From positions 22,991-86,990 of the forward strand of contig JAJHRE010000002.1 in NCBI GenBank assembly GCA_020832985.1: a stretch of 64,000 nt of DNA, written 5' to 3'. Positions 42,137 through 52,119 of the stretch are shown here, in pieces. The translations under genes and the position numbers were made by a program. Below the pieces are notes generated by a model, which was not told the DNA's origin, did no database searches, and worked only from the letters and a program-made list of their open reading frames with translations. The DNA is from Desulfurococcaceae archaeon. GTDB taxonomy: Archaea; Thermoproteota; Thermoprotei_A; Sulfolobales; NBVN01. Positions within the stretch are counted from its first letter, which is position 1. Every line of letters begins with the position of its first letter.

Positions 42137-42766
42137 GTGACCCACACTCACCATAGGGTAGGACCTATAGAGTCTTTAAAGAAGGACTTCGTAGTTCTGG
42201 TAATGGCTTCAAGACATATAAAGTATGAGGATGAGGTAGGTAGGTTTAGGAAGACTATGGAGATTTTAAGGAAGTATAACCCGGTCAACCTAGGTAATAT
42301 GGTTGTAGGTAATAAGTACTGGAGGGATGAGGAAGACATAGTGAGTAGGTTTAGAGAGTACGGTAATATAGTTCATGGTGTATACGCAAGTGCTGAGCAG
42401 GTTAAGGAAGTCCTTAAAGAACTTAAAGACGCTAATCTAGGGTTATCAGTAGTTGTTACAGGTGTTTATGAGGAGGTATTTAAGATACTTAAGGAGGTTG
42501 GATTAAGACCACATACTATAAACTTATCATTAGGTGTTTGGGGTAGGACTGAGAAACTACCTCCTAAGGAGGTATTAGAAATTACTACTATGTGTGGCCA
42601 CTGCATGGTATCACCATCATTAGTTATGAAGATGGTTAGTGAGATTAAGAAGGGTAGGTTATCACCAGCAAGTGCAGCTATAGAACTTGCTAGACCATGC
42701 GTATGCGGCGTATTTAACGTTAAGAGAGCTGAGGAATTACTGAGGAAGTTGGTTAGTAAGTATTGA
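42137..42766 (+). CDS. Conserved hypothetical protein with C-terminal Cys motifs
   Basis: 209-aa ORF starting 4 nt after the previous gene; has MCGHCM and CVCG motifs. Confidence 0.5.
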   Translation: MTHTHHRVGPIESLKKDFVVLVMASRHIKYEDEVGRFRKTMEILRKYNPVNLGNMVVGNKYWRDEEDIVSRFREYGNIVHGVYASAEQVKEVLKELKDANLGLSVVVTGVYEEVFKILKEVGLRPHTINLSLGVWGRTEKLPPKEVLEITTMCGHCMVSPSLVMKMVSEIKKGRLSPASAAIELARPCVCGVFNVKRAEELLRKLVSKY

Positions 42767-42930
42767 TACGTTTAAGATATGTAAGCATAGAGATTAAGAC
42801 CATAATCACAGTTTTCATACCATTAATCAATACCGTGATGAGTCTAAGACTCTAGGATATTGAGGTATTACATATTAACTTATTAAGAAAAGTTTTTATT
42901 ATTACCTTCACCACTATACTTGGTGTTTAG

Positions 42931-43809
42931 TTGACTGTCTATAGAGTTGATGTATGTGTTTTAAATGATGATTACTCAGGTTTTACTAAACTACTATCAT
43001 CTCATGGGTTATCACTTCATGTTAGGATTTACTCAGATAACGGTATTGATAATTTACTATTGGATGTAGGTCCTAGTAATCGTATAATTAAGTATAATTC
43101 AGAGTTGTTAGGGTTAGACTTAAGTGATGTTAAGGCTGTAGTTTTAAGCCATAGACATTACGACCATACTGGTGGTTTGAAACATGTGTTAAGGGTTAGT
43201 AATAGTGTTGGGAAGAGATTAACTGTTATAGCGCATCCATGGATTTTCAAACCATCAATAACTTTAAGTAGTGATAAGCAGGAGTTTGATAAGGGTATGC
43301 CGTACTCTTACGAGGAGTTAATCACTCTTAAACCTAATCTAATACTTACTAAGAGTTCCCTACGTATATCTGACTCTACATACTACCTAGGTGAGATCGG
43401 TAATTATATCGACCTCTCAAAGTATAAGGAGGGGTTCTACACAGTATTAGATGATGGTGAGTTAGTACCTGATAACCTACCAGATGATACTGGTTTAAGT
43501 GTTAAGGTGGAGGGTCTGGGGTTAATAGTTCTTAGCGGCTGTAGCCATAGCGGTATTGCTAATATAGTTAAGCAGGCGTCTGAAACGCTTAAGGAGAATG
43601 TCTATGCTGTTGTTGGAGGTCTCCACATGCTGAAGTATAGTGAGGATGATATACGAGAAAGTATTAGGATTCTGAAGGATTTAGGTGTTGAGTCAGTATA
43701 CGTAGGGCATTGTACAGGGTTTAAAGCCGAGAAGATATTAAGTGATGAGTTCAGAGATAAGTTCTATAAAATACATACAGGATTTAAAATCACCTTCAAA
43801 GGTGGATGA
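42931..43809 (+). CDS. Metallo-beta-lactamase-fold protein
   Basis: HRHYDHTGG (HxHxDH) motif. Confidence 0.7.
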   Translation: MTVYRVDVCVLNDDYSGFTKLLSSHGLSLHVRIYSDNGIDNLLLDVGPSNRIIKYNSELLGLDLSDVKAVVLSHRHYDHTGGLKHVLRVSNSVGKRLTVIAHPWIFKPSITLSSDKQEFDKGMPYSYEELITLKPNLILTKSSLRISDSTYYLGEIGNYIDLSKYKEGFYTVLDDGELVPDNLPDDTGLSVKVEGLGLIVLSGCSHSGIANIVKQASETLKENVYAVVGGLHMLKYSEDDIRESIRILKDLGVESVYVGHCTGFKAEKILSDEFRDKFYKIHTGFKITFKGG

Positions 43810-43837
43810 TATATCTAGGGCTAACTGGAGTTAGGTA

Positions 43838-44431
43838 ATGTATTTGGATGTAAACATACTATTAAGTTTATCAGTACAGCTCTACGCGATTATGGATCCA
43901 GTAGCTGCTATACCACAGTTTATGAGGGTACTTGAAGATGTTGAGGAAGATGATGTGAGGAGTGTAGTTAATAAGACTGCTATAGCTATCTTCTCCCTAC
44001 TAACAATATTCACATTATTCGGTAACTACATCCTGAGCTTATTCGGTATATCGATTTCTTCATTAAGGGTGGCTGGTGGTGTGATATTAATGGGTGTTGC
44101 TTTAGATACGTTGATAACAGGGCATAAACCATCTAAGGTTGAAGTAGGTGAATATATAATAGTGCCGCTGGCAACACCATTAATCGTAGGTCCTGGAACT
44201 ATGACGTTACTCATAGTATCTACTGGTGTTTACGGAGTATTAACTACGTTAATAGCTGCTTACATAGCGTTCGTGGCTGTTTACATAACATTACTCTTAT
44301 CACCAATAATATTAAGACTTACAGGACCTACGTTCGTAAATGGTTTAGGAAGGTTTATGTCACTGATAATAGCGTCATTTGCTGTTGAGATGTTAGTAGG
44401 TGGTGTTAGAGAATTATTAATGATTCATTAA
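43838..44431 (+). CDS. MarC-family (UPF0056) integral membrane protein
   Basis: About six hydrophobic segments and an N-terminal MDPV..IP pattern. Confidence 0.65.
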   Translation: MYLDVNILLSLSVQLYAIMDPVAAIPQFMRVLEDVEEDDVRSVVNKTAIAIFSLLTIFTLFGNYILSLFGISISSLRVAGGVILMGVALDTLITGHKPSKVEVGEYIIVPLATPLIVGPGTMTLLIVSTGVYGVLTTLIAAYIAFVAVYITLLLSPIILRLTGPTFVNGLGRFMSLIIASFAVEMLVGGVRELLMIH

Positions 44432-44453
44432 ACTTAAACCATATTGAGTTAAG

Positions 44454-44750
44454 TTATGTGTTTAAAGGTCTTCCCCTTAACCCCTTAACGTTATGTACAT
44501 GTACGTGTTCTCCAACACCTATATTCTTAGTAGCTACCCCTATAACTTCCCCATACTTTACTACGTATTCACCTTCTTTAATTTCTCTTATTGAGAATTT
44601 ATGTCCGAAGGGTATATCATCTAATAACTTTACCTTGATGTTGATGCCTTGAATAGATAATTCAACCTCATCACCTCTTTTTAAGTTTGTTAATGCTATA
44701 GCTACATTATCTTTCTCATTTAAGAGTAAAACCTTCCTCACAGACCTCAC
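44454..44750 (-). CDS. SAF-domain protein resembling the UxaA/altronate-dehydratase N-terminal small subunit
   Basis: DNVAIAL..L..G and FGHKF....I..GE.V.KYG pattern. Confidence 0.65.
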   Translation of the reverse strand: MRSVRKVLLLNEKDNVAIALTNLKRGDEVELSIQGINIKVKLLDDIPFGHKFSIREIKEGEYVVKYGEVIGVATKNIGVGEHVHVHNVKGLRGRPLNT

Positions 44751-45559
44751 CTATATAACTTTTCAATACTTTCTATATCTTCTTTACTCAACCTCCAACC
44801 AAGAGCTCCTTTAAACTCATCAACCCTTTCAACCTTCTCGGTCTTAGGAATTGCTACTACGTAAGGTCTTGAGATTAAGAAGTTTAGAGCTACTTGGACT
44901 GCAGTCTTACTGTATTTAGAACCTATCCTCATGAGTTCTCTATCATTAACTACTAAACCCCTCTCTAACGGTGAGTATGCCTGTATTGTTATACCTTCTT
45001 GAATAGCGTATGGGAGTAAGTCCTTCTCTATAGACCTATCATAAACACTATACTTAACCTGATTTACAACGATATCATACTTACTCGTAGCTTCTATAGC
45101 CTCCTTCAACTCAGTTAATGTGAAGTTTGAAACCCCTACATACCTACATAACCCCTCATCAGCTATAGCTTCGAGGGCTTTAACCTGCTTCTCAATACTT
45201 ACCCGTTTATTAGGCCAGTGAATGAGTATTAGGTCAACTGTGTTCAGGCCTAACCTACGTAGGCTAGCCTTAGCAGCCTTAATAGCCTCACCCTTATCAA
45301 CAAACCTCTCAGGTAGTAGTTTAGTAGTTATGAAGACCTCCCCCTTAAAATCCTTAACCACCCTACCAACTAATTCCTCAGCCTTACCGTAACCGTACAT
45401 CTCAGCAGTATCTATGAGGGTTAAACCTATACTTAAAGCATGTCTTAAAGCATTCTCAGCATCTCTGTAATTACGGATGTCCCAGGTACCTATACCTATA
45501 GCAGGTATTGACTCACCAGACCTACCAAGTGGTTTTCTATCCATAAAATCTATAAACAC
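44747..45559 (-). CDS. Aldo/keto reductase
   Basis: IDTAEMYG and HWP motifs; AKR length. Confidence 0.85.
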   Translation of the reverse strand: MFIDFMDRKPLGRSGESIPAIGIGTWDIRNYRDAENALRHALSIGLTLIDTAEMYGYGKAEELVGRVVKDFKGEVFITTKLLPERFVDKGEAIKAAKASLRRLGLNTVDLILIHWPNKRVSIEKQVKALEAIADEGLCRYVGVSNFTLTELKEAIEATSKYDIVVNQVKYSVYDRSIEKDLLPYAIQEGITIQAYSPLERGLVVNDRELMRIGSKYSKTAVQVALNFLISRPYVVAIPKTEKVERVDEFKGALGWRLSKEDIESIEKLYR

Positions 45560-45656
45560 TGACGTACTAACACCATTATAAATATAACGTTAACGACTTA
45601 AATCTAAAAACGTACCCCACAGAAACTACTAAATGTATTCCTAATATGTTGAAGTC

Positions 45657-46760
45657 CTACCATAGTGAATACTTAGGTTCTATACGGACTCCATACTCAT
45701 CCAAACGTTTGTAGAGTTCTTGAAGAGCTTCCTCATCAGACCTAGTTAGGGTTGGTGGGTGTTTAAAGTATGGTGCTGATGCCCAACTAGGTGCTCCGTA
45801 TATCCCTAAATCATTTAAGACCTTAGTTAATCTTATTACATCTACTAATACTGCTGACGCCATAGCTTTATCATCAACTACTAACTTCACGTCTAGTGTT
45901 ACTGGTAGTCCCATAAATCCTAGGGCTTTAATGTATATGTACGATACCTTGGTATTCGCTAGGAATGGTATGTATCCGTTAGGTCCTGCAAAAACCTTAT
46001 TAAAAGTTTCGTAGGGGTTTGATTGGGTTGAAGCTACAGCCATAGTCTTACTAATTTTCTTACTATGTAGTCTTGACTGTTCTAACATGTTTTTAAAGTC
46101 TGTATTACCACCTACGTTAAGCTGGTATGACTCTACAATCTCACCACCTCTCATAGCTATTAACCTAGCTAGTGCTCTATGAACTATAGTTGCACCTAAC
46201 TGACCCTTAATATCATCACCTAGTAACGTCGCTTTATTACTCATGAATAACTCCTGATACTTAGGGTCACTCGCTATGAATTCCGGTATACAGTTTATGA
46301 ATGAGACTCCAGCCCTAGCAGCAACATCAGCGTAGAACTTAGTTGCTTGAGAACTACCTACCGGGAGTAAGTTAATCAGTATATCTACACCGACATCTCT
46401 TAACTCACGGACTAACTCATCAGCTGTAGGTTCTGGCTCATCAGATGGTGTGAAGTCCTCAACCATATGCTCAGCAACACCATCTAATACCTTACCCATC
46501 CTCACCTTAACACCTGTTAAGCCAATATCAACTAGCTTAGGTACTAGGTTAGGTGGTTGGAATATAGCTTCAGCTAAGTCCTTACCAACCTTATATTTGG
46601 ATACATCAACAGCGTACACCACCTCTATATCACCAACACCATACTTACCGATGAAAGTATGTATTAACCCCTTAACACTCCCACTATACCTGTAATAATG
46701 AATTGACTGAATAAGCATTGACGCTATATTCCCGACACCGACTATACCAACCCTAATCAT
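45657..46760 (-). CDS. ino1: myo-Inositol-1-phosphate (inositol-3-phosphate) synthase
   Basis: VGIVGVGNIAS, GDDIKGQLGATIVHR, NVGGNTDF and SKKISKT match the MIPS family closely. Confidence 0.85.
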   Translation of the reverse strand: MIRVGIVGVGNIASMLIQSIHYYRYSGSVKGLIHTFIGKYGVGDIEVVYAVDVSKYKVGKDLAEAIFQPPNLVPKLVDIGLTGVKVRMGKVLDGVAEHMVEDFTPSDEPEPTADELVRELRDVGVDILINLLPVGSSQATKFYADVAARAGVSFINCIPEFIASDPKYQELFMSNKATLLGDDIKGQLGATIVHRALARLIAMRGGEIVESYQLNVGGNTDFKNMLEQSRLHSKKISKTMAVASTQSNPYETFNKVFAGPNGYIPFLANTKVSYIYIKALGFMGLPVTLDVKLVVDDKAMASAVLVDVIRLTKVLNDLGIYGAPSWASAPYFKHPPTLTRSDEEALQELYKRLDEYGVRIEPKYSLW

Positions 46761-46777
46761 ACTACTACCTCTAAATA

Positions 46778-46819
46778 CTTATATTTACAGGTATAAATAT
46801 TTACTTCTGTAAATATAAG
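46778..46819. promoter_or_regulatory. 13-bp perfect inverted repeat bracketing a TATA-like element (candidate PadR operator)
   Basis: CTTATATTTACAG (46778-46790) and CTGTAAATATAAG (46807-46819) are exact reverse complements. The 16-nt spacer is GTATAAATATTTACTT. Confidence 0.6.
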
Positions 46820-46850
46820 CTATGACATCATTAATTAACAGGTGGTATAA

Positions 46851-47180
46851 CTGAAAACAACTAAAGCCTACGAGAGATTAAAGAGGAAGTTAACTATAGA
46901 GAATCTATGGTTATACATAATTAAGATCTTAAAGGATGAGGGGGAGTTAAGAGCTTACGATATTAAGAAACACTTAGTAACGTCTTTTAATTTAAGACCT
47001 GCTACCATAACAGTATACTCAGTGATATATAAGATGGTTAAGGAGGGGTTAATAACGGATGTTAAGATGTCTGACGGTACTCGTTACAGAGTCACTGAGA
47101 AAGGGTTAGAGACTTTTAAACAAGGACTTAACTATATCAGTGAATTACTTAAGATGTTAAGTGATGACCGTAGTGATTAG
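46851..47180 (+). CDS. PadR-family winged-helix transcriptional regulator (not in the ORF track; start unresolved)
   Basis: An open frame from the TAA at 46848 encodes ...NLWLYIIKILKDEGELRAYDIKKHL...ATITVYSVIYKMVKEGLI, a PadR-like wHTH. The first in-frame canonical start is a GTG well inside the domain. Confidence 0.7.
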   Translation: MKTTKAYERLKRKLTIENLWLYIIKILKDEGELRAYDIKKHLVTSFNLRPATITVYSVIYKMVKEGLITDVKMSDGTRYRVTEKGLETFKQGLNYISELLKMLSDDRSD

Positions 47181-47188
47181 GTGTTGGT

Positions 47189-47614
47189 ATGGGTAGTGGA
47201 TTTAGAGTGTATATGAAAGAGGTTGAGGTTAGTAGTAAGAAGAAGTTTGAGGTAATAAGGATTACAGAATTAGTTAAGGAAGCTGTGAGGGAGTCAGGTA
47301 TTAAGGACGGCTTAGTATTAGTTTACGTACCACATGCAACAGCTACTGTAATAGTGAATGAGTATGAGCCGAGGATATGTGAAGACTATATTGAGTGGTT
47401 GAGGAGGTATGTACCACCAAATATTGGTTGGAGACATGATGAAATAGATGATAACGCTCATGCACACATAGCATCAGCTATAGTAGGTCCTGGAAGGGTC
47501 ATACCCGTACATAACGGTAAGTTACTCTTAGGTACTTGGCAAGAGATCATGTTGGTAGAACTTGACGGCCCTAGAGCCTCGAGAAAGGTAATTATTGAGG
47601 TTATAGGTGGTTGA
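47189..47614 (+). CDS. YjbQ/UPF0047-family protein (secondary thiamine-phosphate synthase family)
   Basis: HATA...NE.E and DDNAHAHI motifs. Confidence 0.75.
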   Translation: MGSGFRVYMKEVEVSSKKKFEVIRITELVKEAVRESGIKDGLVLVYVPHATATVIVNEYEPRICEDYIEWLRRYVPPNIGWRHDEIDDNAHAHIASAIVGPGRVIPVHNGKLLLGTWQEIMLVELDGPRASRKVIIEVIGG

Positions 47615-47667
47615 TAAAGTAGTCAGACACCACTACTTATACTTAAGTAGCTATAGATAATATATTA

Positions 47668-49143
47668 TTAAGTAATATTATTAAGTACTTGTTTAAGGTG
47701 TTCAATATACCTACTAATAACTTCCTCATCACTAATACTTGGGTTACAGCATAGTACCTCCTCATCACCAGCTACTATAACACCTACTCTAGAACCCCTC
47801 CTTAAGTTATTAATAACTAATGCGTGAGGTGCTAACACCGTTATTAAATCCTTATTCAAGTCCCTATAACTACCTATAGCTACTGGTTTGACTAACTCCT
47901 TAGATATCAGTCTAAACACTTTACTTAACTTAAGTAGGTCACCTACTGTTAATACCTTACTGACAATACCACCTAACTCTGGGGGTAGTGAATTCTTGAG
48001 GTATTCGTAATATTCCTTAAATTCAAGACTCTCTAAGCTGTAGTTATTAACTACGTTAACAATCCATACAACTAACCTATCTATGAGTGATTCATTATTG
48101 TAGTAAGTATCTAAGTCTGTATGATATACGTCATCTATATCCCTTAAATTATGGAGGGTTACTGTAGGGATACCTAAAGAACTAAATGAGATCCCATCAC
48201 TGTATGGGTGGTCAAACCCTTCATAGGAGTACTTAAGGGTTGAGTACTTGATGAAGAACTTACCAATCTCCGGGCCTGTAGCGTTAACTCTGATAGGTTC
48301 CATACATGCTGTATCTAAGTTTACAACAAATTCTAAATTACTTAAGTCTGTATTCCTCACAAATTCTCTAGAACCGTATGACCAATACCAAGGACTTAAG
48401 TTAGGATTACCGAATTCCTCAGCTGTAAAGCTTACTAGCCTTAACGTATGCTTAATCCTTGACTTACTCACAACCTCAGCTAGCTTAAGTAGTGTGTAAA
48501 GACCTACTACATTATCCCTATAACCTGTAAACCATCTATCATGATGTGCTGAGACTAAGACCTCACCCTCCCTACTACCACCTACAACTACCTCAACATT
48601 ATATCCAACACCCCCTCTAACATCTGTCTTACACCTAAGCTCAACATACTTACCAATCAACTCCTTCATCTTAACACCGTCTTCAAATCTCATATGAACT
48701 GCAGGTATTGGAGGGGGCCTACCACTCCCGAACGAATAACTCCAAACACCACTTACTACAATCCTCCTAAACCTTCCTGGATAACTATCGTAGAATATAA
48801 CTGCTTCAGCACCTGCCTCAACAGCTAAGTTATAGAGTACCCAGACATTATCCGGGAAGTCAGTAGTACTTAGGAGTAATACCTTACCGTAAGACTCGAC
48901 GATATTATCTGTTAACTCACCACGTACTTCAGAAGTAGTTATCGGTGGTAAACACCTACATACGTAATCATCAACATCACATGCTATATCCTCCCATGTG
49001 ATAACGTTAATAGGGTGTAACTTAACCTCTAATCCTAACTCTGTAAAGTAGTCCCTCAACTTACTAACTACGAGTAACTCCCTCTCAGAACCTGCTATAA
49101 CTTCATTAATACTTATTAACTCACTTAACAACTCCTTCAACAT
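47668..49143 (-). CDS. M28-family peptidase with PA-like insert
   Basis: SAHHDRW and FTAEEFG metal-site motifs. Confidence 0.6.
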   Translation of the reverse strand: MLKELLSELISINEVIAGSERELLVVSKLRDYFTELGLEVKLHPINVITWEDIACDVDDYVCRCLPPITTSEVRGELTDNIVESYGKVLLLSTTDFPDNVWVLYNLAVEAGAEAVIFYDSYPGRFRRIVVSGVWSYSFGSGRPPPIPAVHMRFEDGVKMKELIGKYVELRCKTDVRGGVGYNVEVVVGGSREGEVLVSAHHDRWFTGYRDNVVGLYTLLKLAEVVSKSRIKHTLRLVSFTAEEFGNPNLSPWYWSYGSREFVRNTDLSNLEFVVNLDTACMEPIRVNATGPEIGKFFIKYSTLKYSYEGFDHPYSDGISFSSLGIPTVTLHNLRDIDDVYHTDLDTYYNNESLIDRLVVWIVNVVNNYSLESLEFKEYYEYLKNSLPPELGGIVSKVLTVGDLLKLSKVFRLISKELVKPVAIGSYRDLNKDLITVLAPHALVINNLRRGSRVGVIVAGDEEVLCCNPSISDEEVISRYIEHLKQVLNNIT

Positions 49144-49261
49144 CTCTCAAACACCGCTAGAACTACATATCGAGGTTAAATAAGTAGTAATTTAAATGAC
49201 GTTAATAATTTAAATATGTAGCCGTAAGTGTATTTACGTAAGACGTTTATGTGGTGTTAGT

Positions 49262-50467
49262 ATGGGTGGTACCTACCCCTTAACAGGTATTAAAGTCTTA
49301 GACTTCACATCAGCTATGGCTGGACCCTTCGCTACTATGTTATTAGCTGATTTAGGTGCTGAGGTTATTAAGGTAGAACCTCCTACAGGTGATCATGCCC
49401 GTGATTGGGGACCTCCATTCTATATGGAGAAATATAGTGCGTATTTCGCATCTGTTAATAGAGGTAAGAAGAGTGTCGTTATTAACTTAAGGGATCCTAA
49501 AGGTAGGGAGATAATATATAAGTTAGTTAGTAGGTCTCGAATTGTTATAGAGTCCTTCAGACCTGGTGTAACGTCTAGATTAGGTATAGATTATGAATCA
49601 CTATCTAAGATAAACCCTAACATCATATACTGTTCAATCTCTGGCTTCGGTCAGTACGGTCCTTACAAGGACTTACCTGGTTATGACTTAATAGCGTTAG
49701 CTATGAGTGGTTTAATGGATTTAACAGGTGAACCTGATAGACCTCCGGTTAAGTTCGGAGTCCCTATATCCGATATAATTACTGGTATGTATGCAGTGAT
49801 TGCTATATTATCAGCACTTTACTTAGGTATTGGATGCCATATAGACCTATCACTACTTGATAGTTCTATATCCATACTCACACATCAAGCAGGATACTAC
49901 TTCGTAACTAATGAAGACCCTAAGAGGTTAGGTAGTGCACACTCCAGTATAGCTCCGTATCAAGCATTTAAGGCTAGAGATGGCTATATAGTAGTTGCTG
50001 TAGGTAATGACAGTATTTGGAGGGATTTCTGTACAGCTATTGGGAAGCCAGAACTAATTAATGATGAGAGATTCTACACAAATAGTGAGAGGGTAAGACA
50101 TAGGGAGGAGTTAGTTAAGATTCTTGAGGAATTACTTAGTAAGGAAGGTGTTGATTACTGGGTCAGTAAGTTAAGAAGTGCTGGGATCCCTGTAGCACCT
50201 GTATATAGAGTCAGTCAAGCACTTAAAGACCCGCATGTAGTGAGTAGGAATATGGTTGTTGAAGCCCAACATAAGGTTGTAGGTACTATTAAGATGATTG
50301 CAAACCCTATCAAATACCTAACTAGTAATGTAAGTGTTGGGATGTATAAACCACCACCACTACTAGGTGAACATACTGTCGAAGTACTTAAGGATTTAGG
50401 ATATAGTGATGATGAGATAAGAAATCTAATAAGGGATGGAGTAGTAGCTACTTACTATGAATTCTAG
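49262..50467 (+). CDS. Family III CoA-transferase (CaiB/BaiF)
   Basis: GIKVLDFTSAMAGPFATMLLADLGAEVIKVE is the classic N-terminus of this family. Confidence 0.85.
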   Translation: MGGTYPLTGIKVLDFTSAMAGPFATMLLADLGAEVIKVEPPTGDHARDWGPPFYMEKYSAYFASVNRGKKSVVINLRDPKGREIIYKLVSRSRIVIESFRPGVTSRLGIDYESLSKINPNIIYCSISGFGQYGPYKDLPGYDLIALAMSGLMDLTGEPDRPPVKFGVPISDIITGMYAVIAILSALYLGIGCHIDLSLLDSSISILTHQAGYYFVTNEDPKRLGSAHSSIAPYQAFKARDGYIVVAVGNDSIWRDFCTAIGKPELINDERFYTNSERVRHREELVKILEELLSKEGVDYWVSKLRSAGIPVAPVYRVSQALKDPHVVSRNMVVEAQHKVVGTIKMIANPIKYLTSNVSVGMYKPPPLLGEHTVEVLKDLGYSDDEIRNLIRDGVVATYYEF

Positions 50468-50485
50468 GGATTAGCTAGGTAGTAG

Positions 50486-50722
50486 TTAAACCTTACGTAT
50501 GAATACCTTCACATAACCTAAATTCTCCTCAACTGAAGCTACTCTAAATCCATGCCTATCTATTAAGACCTCTAACACCTTAACAGGTATGTCTTCAGGA
50601 TTAACCAGTATCACAGCTTCTGAATCCTTAAGCTCCTTTAAAACTCTATTTAACTTAGTTACTGGGTGACCACCACAACCAGGTTCTCTAAACCTTAAAT
50701 CAATTACAACCACCTTAAACAC
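50486..50722 (-). CDS. TusA/SirA-like small protein with a divergent Cys motif
   Basis: 78 aa. DLRFREPGCGGHPV occupies the position of the TusA D.RG..CP.P motif. Confidence 0.4.
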   Translation of the reverse strand: MFKVVVIDLRFREPGCGGHPVTKLNRVLKELKDSEAVILVNPEDIPVKVLEVLIDRHGFRVASVEENLGYVKVFIRKV

Positions 50723-50779
50723 CTCTACTGAGGCTTTACCTAGTTAACTTAATAAGTTACTGGTTAATAAGTAACGTAG

Positions 50780-50796
50780 AGATAACTAAGTTATCT
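50780..50796. promoter_or_regulatory. 7-3-7 perfect palindrome abutting the thi4 TATA box
   Basis: AGATAAC-TAA-GTTATCT lies directly upstream of CTTATAAATC (50801-50810). Confidence 0.45.
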
Positions 50797-50856
50797 TAAA
50801 CTTATAAATCATTACCTAAAGGTTGAGGTGGTGTTTAACACGTCCTTCGAAGGTAA

Positions 50857-51528
<672 letters not shown>

Positions 51529-51533
51529 GTTTA

Positions 51534-51665
51534 ATGTATTGTCAGGTATGCAGACGTAGATTAGCTACGTATGTTTGTAGGAGGTGTTATAGGAGGATAT
51601 GTGATAGATGTATACGTATTCATGGATTATGTGTTGAGTGTTCTAATGATTTACTAAAGTTATGA
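51534..51665 (+). CDS. Small 8-cysteine zinc-ribbon peptide (43 aa, not in the ORF track)
   Basis: MYCQVCRRRLATYVCRRCYRRICDRCIRIHGLCVECSNDLLKL carries four CxxC pairs. Confidence 0.4.
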   Translation: MYCQVCRRRLATYVCRRCYRRICDRCIRIHGLCVECSNDLLKL

Positions 51666-51736
51666 TAGCTGTTTTAATTAGTTGCTTAAGATATGTTAAA
51701 AAGAGGGGATTATATGGATGTTCTATTATTTTAAAA

Positions 51737-52054
51737 TTATGTAGTTTTAGTTGGGGGTTTACCCTCCTCAGCTGTAGTGGTTTTCTGAGTTTCACTTTCT
51801 AACTTCTTTAATTCTTCTTCAATCTCCTTCTCAATCTCCTCTATAGGCTTAGGTGGAGGTGTTGAAGCTAATGTATAGCCTATCCATGCTAGGATACCGA
51901 ATACCCCTGCTACTGCTATGAAGCCGGTTAATTTGAGTATGAGTAAAGCGTATTCACTTAGGAAGACTAACCACCCATATATGAGGATTACCACGATAGA
52001 GATTATCATCATTCCAAAACCTAAGGCTTGATCCTTACTCACTACATACATCAC
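51737..52054 (-). CDS. Small membrane protein with a charged C-terminal tail
   Basis: Three hydrophobic segments followed by a KPIEEIEKEIEEELKKLE tail. Confidence 0.45.
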   Translation of the reverse strand: MMYVVSKDQALGFGMMIISIVVILIYGWLVFLSEYALLILKLTGFIAVAGVFGILAWIGYTLASTPPPKPIEEIEKEIEEELKKLESETQKTTTAEEGKPPTKTT

Positions 52055-52119
52055 CTAGATATTATTGTAGGGAAGTACTATTTTAAGTCTTAATACTGAG
52101 TTAATTTCAGGACATACCT

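Noticed and set aside
40169-42339. Minus-strand ORFs 40169-40501, 40703-40918, 41616-42035 and 42148-42339.
   Set aside because: All are antisense to aor and its two downstream genes. They are shadow ORFs.
42835-42841. C-box-like GTGATGA in the intergenic region upstream of the MBL-fold gene.
   Set aside because: No CTGA D box lies at a compatible distance on that strand.
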